DNA of 59,440 nt, counting the filler, from Dugesia japonica (taxonomy: Eukaryota): NCBI GenBank assembly GCA_001938525.1. It is 5 parts of 5 records of this genome, joined end to end, with 100 filler letters (N's around TTAATTAATTAA, not from the genome) between each part and the next. Parts side by side here need not be neighbours in the genome. Positions count along the whole stretch, not along the records: positions 49,334 to 59,440 come from MQRL01644172.1; 4 more parts are not named here. One strand, given 5' to 3'. Each line of letters starts with the position of its first letter. Position 1 is the first letter of the stretch. Both the position numbers and the translations under genes were made by a program. Under the pieces are notes generated by a model. It saw only the letters and a list, made by a program, of their open reading frames with translations, searched no databases and had not been told where the DNA came from. Positions 51,130 through 59,440 of the stretch are shown piece by piece.

Positions 51130-51720
51130 TTTGCATCTAAACTGACTCTTAATAGCTCGCGGATATACTCAACTCTGATGATACCCAAGACTATCTATCA
51201 ATTATGTTTCTATCCCCTTGTCTCATCTTGGAGGTCAATAGTCTTGCTTGACTGCCTATAAAAGCTCTTTATGGCTTGTCTTGCATCGCAACTCTCAATC
51301 AGGGCTAAGAATTTCGGTTTGCTACATAAACTTCAGAAAAGTGCTGGAAAATCTGAACGGGGTTTTGAGCACTATTTTCTGCTACATTGCCTCCTTGATA
51401 AGCAAAACCAATATACAAAATTCAACTTGCATATCGTGTTCTTTGACATAACTGACGCCTTTGGAAATATCACCATCGAGAAAATTCTTGACCTGCTCAC
51501 GCGTATGGGAGTCATAAAGCTAAAACTGTAAAAGCAAAAAGGTTAATAATAGCGCTGTACTCTGACTTTTCCAACTATTATATCTGTAATGGGATCTCTT
51601 CCAATACTATTGCTAATAAAAGGAGGATTAGACAGGACTGTTCCCAGTCTATGTTATTGTTTAACATTGGAATCAATCCAATAATTAATGAGATTTCTAA
51701 GTCTCATGGTGCCAGTATTA
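51130..51720 (+). mobile_element. Non-LTR (R2/NeSL-type) reverse transcriptase relic
   Basis: GFEHYFLL, IVFFDITDAFG, RRIRQDCSQSMLLFNIGINPII (G.RQG.P.S..LFN). Confidence 0.8.
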
Positions 51721-51729
51721 GATAAAGTC

Positions 51730-53800
51730 GAGAATCTCATCAAACCTTTTTGAGTTGCGTTAATACTAAACTTACTCCTCGGCAGTAACTCACCACAGTT
51801 TTTCTCTTCGCCGCTTTTTTCTAAAGAAGTAGTGATCAAGTCACAGATGGTTCTTATCACTTTTTCTACTAGATCATTAGACTGATGTTGGTACTGGAAA
51901 CTGAACTCAAGTGGAATTATCAAATCTTTTCGTCTCTGTTTAAGCCATGTGCACTTGAAATTTTTTTCTCTGTCTGTCAAAATACTTATCCGTCTTTCAA
52001 ATTTATGTATCCAGCTTCTTATAATTATTCTGAAAATTGATCAATCATTCAGCTTAGACAATGCGTCAAACTTACCAACTTGCTAAAATGATCAATGATG
52101 ACAAACAAATATTTATTATAAGCTCTGGCTATTTTCAGGAAAGCCACATCTATCAAAATGTTTTCCTGGAAATGCAACTTTCTTCTTGGAATCAATATTT
52201 ATTTTGTACAAGTCTCATATATTTTTCTCCTAGCACAAACAATGCAAGCTTTCAAACATGAGCTGAATGAATTCCACATTGATGGCCAGTAATAATGATC
52301 TTTTAAATAATTGAATATATATCTGGCATAGGAAATGTAAGTTTCCCGGGGATTGCATTGATTTTCTTAAAATCAATACACATTTGAATCGATCCGTTTT
52401 TTCCCCAATCACAATTAACGGAGAATTTCATGAAATTTTGCATTTCAAAACAACGCTAGTGATTACGATATGTGACACCAATTAATCAACTTTTAACTAA
52501 AGATGCATGGATTGTNTTCTTTGGTANTNTAAAATAGGTATGTCTGTCACTTCGATATANTGTTGAACTACAGTTGCATGCTCTAAAAAGTTTGATGTTA
52601 ATGTCATAAAAATATTGCAAAATTGACCCAATAAATTATGTAATCGCACACTTAGTCAATCATTTAAAAATAATGTTACATAATTTCTTCTATCAATGTC
52701 TATATTTTTTTCTTCAAATCAACAATGTAAATTGAGCACATATTGACTTCAAATAACTTTATAAAATCGTCAATAAAATTTGGTTGCAATATTTTTACAA
52801 CAAATACTTCTACTTTGCAGTTCCTTCTATTCCAAGAAATATTTCCATTGAACATTCCCAAAGGATTCTCCCTTTCGATGAAAATACACCTATCAGAAAG
52901 ATACTGCTTAACAATAATTTAGAATCTTTGACTTTTCTCAAAGTTTTTTCAGTAACTACGATGACTGATGCTTCAGAATCCCAAAATAACTCCACTACCT
53001 ACCATTCACAGTCTCATACAATTCAACATCTTTTCCATTCCGATTTTTGAAATTCAGTCTCATAGACAAAAGATTTATGCGCTGGTGTTCGTCTGGTTTC
53101 TTACTTCTTTAAATTCGTCTTGTGAACAATTTCTTTTGGTTTATATCATGTTAACTTTTATGAATAACTGTGTTGGCACATTGCATTTATCTGAAACTCA
53201 TCTTCTTTTAAGCTTCTGGTTTCTATTTTCCCAAAGTTTAGGCAAACTGCGAATATCTCTTATGGGCATATTTCTTGTGCATCTTACAAGAAAATCACTT
53301 ACAATTTCTTCATTCTACAATCCAGAATCCAACACATCAGTTTACAGATTTTGAACTTGAATTTCGATGGTAGCAAATTTCCCATCATGATTTTGTCTTA
53401 CCTCTGCAAGTTCCATATATAAATCTATTATGGATTTCTTTATCATAAAGATTCAGTAAATCAATTTCTTGCTTATTCTTTTGTTGTAGTTTCTGATTTA
53501 AAATTCTTCCACAAGGTTGCAGCCACTTCAGACAAAAGCAATTCAAAGACTCCAGTTAAATATAACTCATTGATTATTAGATATGCTTATATATATTTTA
53601 ACCAACGTTTTGCTTCATCGGGCTTTTCACCATCAAAGCATCGAATTTGAAAATTAATAAATTCTCTAGATTTCTTTTTTAAGGTTTTGACTAACAGTTT
53701 TTTCTGTTTGCAAGTTATGAAATTAATATTTTCGGTGGGCTTGCCAGTAAAATCATTCTTACTATTTGACTTACGCATTTAGTGATCACGCTAACCAAAA
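51730..53800 (-). mobile_element. Heavily decayed Ty3/Gypsy relic (gag, protease, integrase)
   Basis: IRCFDGEKPDEAKRWL gag; YQHQSNDLVEKVIRTI..LLPR..FSINAT integrase. Confidence 0.75.
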
Positions 53801-55595
53801 ATTTATTTAATAAAATGAAACAGAATGATGTAATGCATAACTCTTTTTATTACATATTTAAAACTAATCATGCTTTTGATTTGTTAGTACTTATTATAAT
53901 ACACTGCCCAATTTTGGTTATCAATTGCATCAATGAATTTAACAAGTGTTCTGAATTTTGATTAGTTATAGATTTTTATTATTACTAAAAATTTTCATTA
54001 TCAATTACATAAGCTAATTTAATAAGTTTCGGAAATTTGAATTGTTACTAAAGAAAGTTCGAAGAAATTCCTGTGTGACAATACTATATTTGAACTAAAT
54101 AAGACTATAAATATAAAGAGTAATTAAATAGCACCATCTTGGTCTTTTAAGCAAATGGATGAGGGAAGTTGACAGTTAGTAATGATACCTTCGACTATCA
54201 TTCATTTAGAAGCCAACAAAAATTGAAAAAAAAACTTTTATTAAAGAATGTTTCTGGCTGCAGAACAATTTGAGTACTCCAACATTTTTCTATAAAATAA
54301 TCCAGTGATAAGGGTTAATCTTTTTAAATTTTTTTCTGATTAGAATTCTTAGGTGCTCCACTTATGATAACAAGATTTTTCCATGCAGAGAAAATGTTCA
54401 CTGTTAAATTTAAAAAGGGAAGATATATTGAAAAATACACCCTGTTATACAATATTCATAATTTGTGTACAGTGTATTGAAATCCTTGAAGACATCTTTC
54501 CAAGTTTCTCTTTTACATCTAAACTTAAGTTAGATCATTCATCTCTGTTACTCTTGAAGTCCACTTTGTCAGTTTTTAATTGTATTATCTATCAAATATT
54601 TTTTTTGCTATACTTCACCTCAATTAACTTAACCGAATGTTCCTCAAGAGTCTCGGCTAGAATTCTTTCTTTGTCTTCATATATAATCGAATATCGCTTT
54701 AAAACGTTATTTCTTTTAATTTTGTGATTAAAGCTGCTTTCTAAATTCTCAAACAATGCAATTGTAAGTATAAGAAAATCCTGCAAAAGTTATACATTTC
54801 ACAGATTAAATAATAGATTGAAAAACCCTATAATACTCAAACAAGATTGTTTTAGTAAACTCATAAAATGTTCACATTGGTAAGGTTACTACTCATAAAA
54901 GAATAAAATTTAAAATAATCTAGTAATAAGTTTGCTTTTGGGTCCTCATTATTTGAACTTGTGGTCATAATATTTTGAAAACGAGTCAATTGCATTATTT
55001 TGCATACATGTCGTGTTAAAAGCCAAACATTATTAAGGTAAGTTTCACTAATAATTATTTATTAGTANGTTGTTTTTATTGGTTTCAACTACATATTTTG
55101 GAGTTGTATTTAATTATTTATACTGTTAAATTTTAACAATGTTAACCGAATATGTGTAAAATTTGTACTTTGAATGCTAAATACAAGTCAATAAAATATT
55201 TAAAGACCAGATAATTTAACGTTTAATAAATATTTGTGAGTATAAATTTTTAAGAGGAGAGGGAAATCATGATTAATTTATTGAAATCAGGAAATTAAAA
55301 TTATTTTCTATTTTCAATTAAGTGAAGATTTAAATAACATGAAGATATTTTAAAAAATATCGCTTTTTAAAATCTAGTTTTTAAACGTATTTATCAATTA
55401 TATTAAATTAAAAACATTAATTATAATAGAGAACTTTCGTTTTCAATTATTATAATATTTGTTATCATTGAACCAATATTCACTAAATATCAAATTCTGT
55501 TGTTTAAATATTCTATTTTTATGCTCTTCCATTACAAGTAAAATAAATATAATTCTAAAGAATATTTTTAATGGAATTTTAAATTTAAATTTTAG

Positions 55596-57551
55596 ATGAG
55601 TCATCATAATTTAGATAAAAAGATTAATAATGTTAAAAATAACTATCAAACTATATTGGCTAAAGACATTCCTTTAACTTTTTCAGAATCAGAACTTTAT
55701 AAGATTTTTAAACAATATGGGTCTATTAACAAAATTCAAAAACTATCAAATTTATCTTACTGTCTAATTGAGTTTACAGATAGTAATGTTTCAATGTCTT
55801 TAGTTCAGAATTCCAAATTGAAACCATTTTATATTGAGTCACATAAAATACAATTAGAATATTCTACTCAATCAATTAGTTTATTAGATACCAAATGTAC
55901 CGATAATTCAACAAACATATTGAATCTCAATATCTCGAATGTTAAATACCCAATAACTGTGGACATTATCAAACAAATATGTCTAAAATTTGGAAAACTG
56001 TTGAAAATATTCATCGGTAAGAAAAATCAAGATAATGTAGTTGAATGCTTAGTTGAATTTGAAAAAATTTCTGAAGCAAAAGCTGCAAAGGAAGCTTTAC
56101 ACGGAGAAGATATATATTCGGGTTGTTGTTCCTTGGATGTTAAATATTCTAAAATGTCCAATGTTCCGGTTTTTAAAAATGACGATGAATCATGGGATTT
56201 TTCTAAATCACAAGTAAAACAGGGAATTTTAAAAGTGCCCCCATCAAATGGATCAGTTTCTAGTAATAATGTGAATGTGTTTACACCAACCAATCCACAA
56301 TTGTATTCACCCGTTTATAATTTCCCTCCTCCAATGTCATATAATCATATGCCTGTTCCTCCAATTCACGGGTTTCCCTGTCATAATTTAATTTATAATT
56401 ATCCAAGTATACAAAAAAATTCCAAGTCTAAATCGAAACTGGATATAAATAAAGATGCATTTGTTGTTGAAATTGGAGTTGTGTTTATGGTTTATAATTT
56501 GCCTTTTAATATTTGCGTAGATCACTTGTTTAATCTTTTTTGTCTGTATGGTAATGTGAATAAAATAAAATTTACCAACCAACCAGGCACGGCAATGGTC
56601 CAAATGGGATCTAAAGCTGCAGTCGAAACCTGTATTCAATATTACAATAATAAAACTTTATTCGGCCAAGAAATGCATCTAATGAAATGTAATAAACCGG
56701 AAATATTTCCATCGAAAAATATCGAATTTCTTCCAAATGGAACTCCGGTTTTCAAAGATTTTTCTGCAGACGCCAACAATCGATTTCTAAATGATCACGG
56801 AATAAATAGTAATAAAATTCTCGAACCGAACAGAACTCTCCACTTTTTCAATGCTCCTTATACGTTTGCTGAAATCGATTTGAACAACATGATTATCCAA
56901 TCGGGAGTTCCGAGACCGATAAATATCATAATTTTCAGCAATAAGAACGACCACGTTAAAAAGTGTATTGGATTGTTCGAATTTCATAGATTGGAGGATT
57001 CTTTAATCGCTCTTTCTGTTCTCAATCATAAACCGATTATTATTCCCGATACCAATCAAGTCTTTCATATGAAACTGACGTTCAGTGCTCGAGAACCGAA
57101 AAACGTTAACCCTGGTCACGTGGACATTAAGAGATGTCAGTCGTTTCGAGAAACTCCTGAAATCGATCAAATAAGCTCTAAGAAATCTAAATTTGAAATC
57201 AAAGACGAGTTAGACAATATGAAAAAGGAGAAAGAAGTTGTAACCGTCGTTACGCAGCCTGATAACCTAGATCGATCATCGTTGTCACCGGGAGAGAATG
57301 GTTGGTGCGGCTTGAATAATAATCTTGATAACGATTTTCACGGTTCAATTTTAAATGAAAAAATCGATTGTAAACGTGAATCATTTGCAAACAATCAGCA
57401 ACAATCAATCAATATTGAACCCGATGAAAACAAAATCAATAATCAATCTAATTGTTCTCTGACTGATGGCGGCTATATTGTTGTTGATTCAATATCAGAA
57501 ACTAGTAAACAATCAATAATCGATAATTGCACGACAAACACTGGAACATAA
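55596..57551 (+). CDS. HNRNPL: Heterogeneous nuclear ribonucleoprotein L-like protein (4 RRMs), intronless CDS, 651 aa
   Basis: RRM2 YPITVDII...AKEALHGEDIYSGCCSLDVKYSK..VFKNDDESWDF, RRM3 VFMVYNL..HLFNLFCLYGNV.KIKF..GTAMVQM, RRM4 LHFFNAP...LNH...MKLTFS; Pro-rich linker; AATAAA at 57759. Confidence 0.93.
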   Translation: MSHHNLDKKINNVKNNYQTILAKDIPLTFSESELYKIFKQYGSINKIQKLSNLSYCLIEFTDSNVSMSLVQNSKLKPFYIESHKIQLEYSTQSISLLDTKCTDNSTNILNLNISNVKYPITVDIIKQICLKFGKLLKIFIGKKNQDNVVECLVEFEKISEAKAAKEALHGEDIYSGCCSLDVKYSKMSNVPVFKNDDESWDFSKSQVKQGILKVPPSNGSVSSNNVNVFTPTNPQLYSPVYNFPPPMSYNHMPVPPIHGFPCHNLIYNYPSIQKNSKSKSKLDINKDAFVVEIGVVFMVYNLPFNICVDHLFNLFCLYGNVNKIKFTNQPGTAMVQMGSKAAVETCIQYYNNKTLFGQEMHLMKCNKPEIFPSKNIEFLPNGTPVFKDFSADANNRFLNDHGINSNKILEPNRTLHFFNAPYTFAEIDLNNMIIQSGVPRPINIIIFSNKNDHVKKCIGLFEFHRLEDSLIALSVLNHKPIIIPDTNQVFHMKLTFSAREPKNVNPGHVDIKRCQSFRETPEIDQISSKKSKFEIKDELDNMKKEKEVVTVVTQPDNLDRSSLSPGENGWCGLNNNLDNDFHGSILNEKIDCKRESFANNQQQSINIEPDENKINNQSNCSLTDGGYIVVDSISETSKQSIIDNCTTNTGT

Positions 57552-57734
57552 GAAATGTTAACATACACACACACAAATACAAAAAAATCATTGATTAATA
57601 GTGCCTGTTGTTCGATTGCCAGTGAAAAAAATGTTGAGCAAATATTCATTCATTTATAGATCAGCTTTGTAAAAATGTACTTTTAGATCATTTTAATTTT
57701 GTATGAAAATGTTGATTAAGATTGCTATTTTGTA

Positions 57735-58882
57735 TATCATGTATTTAATTGTGTTTCGAATAAATAATGTCAATTTGGCGGCTTTAGTTTTCTGTTCTTT
57801 TTTTAATTTCGGTCTCGGCCAACATAACTATCACCGTTAGTTCTTGTCGATGAGTTGTGGCTTATTTATAGGAAAAGATCCAATAAACCTTTTCGGTTTG
57901 TAGAACCCTTAGTATATCAAAGTTTTTCCGTGATGCCTCAAGTCAATTCTTCGTTTATGGTTCGATATCACAACAAATTGTGAATGGATTTTTGTTCGCA
58001 TTTTGGATTTGTTACTTTTATATGAAGGTGTCTAATATTGGAAAATTCTCGCGGTTGGCAGTTTAGGAACCACTGCCACAGATCTTATAAAGAATTTGGA
58101 ATTTAATGTTCGATTTGAATCCATTTTTAAATGCAATTCGTGGTTATTTCATTCCACTTTACATCAATCTATTAATATATGTTTCAACACAAAAGGCTCT
58201 TTTAATTGACCCAGACATAGTATTCAATAACCATCCACTTCTCCCATTTTCATTATAGAGTATTCAATCCGATTAACTATAATCGTTATTTTAATGAATT
58301 TGGTATATGTATTTAATCGTATCGAATAAATAATACCAATTTGACAGCTTTAGTTTTTTCATTTAATCTCGATCAACATAACTATTACTTCGAATTCTTG
58401 TCGATAAGTTACGGTTTATCTATAGCAGAAAAGTTTTAAAAAAAAGAAAATATTTGCTTATCCATAAAATCCATGTTATACGCAAAATTCCCGATAGAAA
58501 TTAAATTTATTCATCTTTATGTTCAACAGTTAAAAGATCCAATAAACATATACACCTAGTATATCAAAACTTTTCCATGACGCCCTAAATTTTTCCCCAG
58601 TGATTTATTCTTCGTTTATGGTTTGATATCACAACAAATTACGAAAATAAATGAATGGATTTTTGTTCGCCTTTTGGATTTGCTACTTTTATATAAACGT
58701 GTCTAATATTGAGAAATTCTCGCAGCGCACAATTTGGGAATATCATGTTTGATTTGATTTTCAAGTTCACCACTGGATTAACATCTTGGAATATCATAAT
58801 TGATTAATCTTAGATTAGATAATCAGAGGTGTAAGCAAATTTTAATTCATTTTTAATGTAATCCACGGTTATTTCGTTCCAA
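57735..58882 (+). repeat. Diverged ~570-bp tandem duplication covering the poly(A)-signal region of the hnRNP L-like gene
   Basis: cgaataaataat..caatttg..gctttagtttt at 57757 and 58323; ttcttcgtttatggtt.gatat..acaacaaatt at 57947 and 58608. Confidence 0.85.
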
Positions 58883-59440
58883 TTAGGGTTTAGTAACACT
58901 CGGGGTTTCGAGACTCACCGAGTCTAGTTATTTAAGTTCTATTAAAAAAAACAGAATTACTGATACAAATTTTTTATATACATACACGAAACTGGCCACA
59001 CATTTAATAAAAACATAATATACACATGCAAAGAAATACGAATAAATGATAAATGTTGGGTATCTAACTCAACAAAGTGTTTATGGCTCGTTTAAATAAT
59101 TTTTATTTTATTTTATGAGTGTTGATTTTATATGTAAATACAAATACTATATAAAGTATATCGTTAATCAAAATTAGAAATAGTGTAATATATGTATGTA
59201 GTCCCTTATATAAATAAATGAAGATTATACCTTTTTAATACTTTTATTTTTTNATGTATAACAATATAGGTACAGTAAACTTAAATCTTATAAGCAATAT
59301 TTTATTTAAAGGAAAAAAGCCACTCAAGGAGAGGTTTTTTCAATTAAAAGTCTGAATTTTCTGATAAAATTGATCAGTATTTATACTGATTTTCTACAGG
59401 ATACACACATATACACACATGGATATAATCAATAATAAAA

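Noticed and set aside
56027-56987. Antisense ORFs within the hnRNP L-like CDS
   Set aside because: Shadow ORFs with no independent signal

Overview
Very AT-rich eukaryotic genomic DNA with spliceosomal introns, probably a free-living flatworm such as a planarian (inference from composition and repeat content; not verifiable here). The window is not one contiguous locus: four identical 100-bp artificial linkers (44 N + TTAATTAATTAA + 44 N) join five separate ~10-12.5 kb pieces. Host genes: an intronless hnRNP L-like CDS (55596-57551), one nicotinic acetylcholine receptor exon, a divergent nicastrin-like last exon and two orphan exons. The rest is mostly decayed mobile DNA: several Ty3/Gypsy relics, two R2/NeSL-type non-LTR fragments, MULE, mariner, Tigger/pogo and hAT elements/MITEs, and Penelope-like pseudo-LTR fragments with a minimal hammerhead ribozyme. 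The most interesting signal is a Polinton/Maverick (adintovirus-like) theme that the ORF track mostly misses. It comprises a decayed gene block (PolB fragment, packaging ATPase, small basic and amphipathic proteins, internally deleted integrase, two tandem penton paralogues) and four termini sharing an AGTAGGTAGA-type sequence on four different pieces. Those termini are attached to repeat arrays that reiterate the terminal motif, a small spliced gene and a tandem RING-like relic, suggesting a family of non-autonomous mini-Mavericks.
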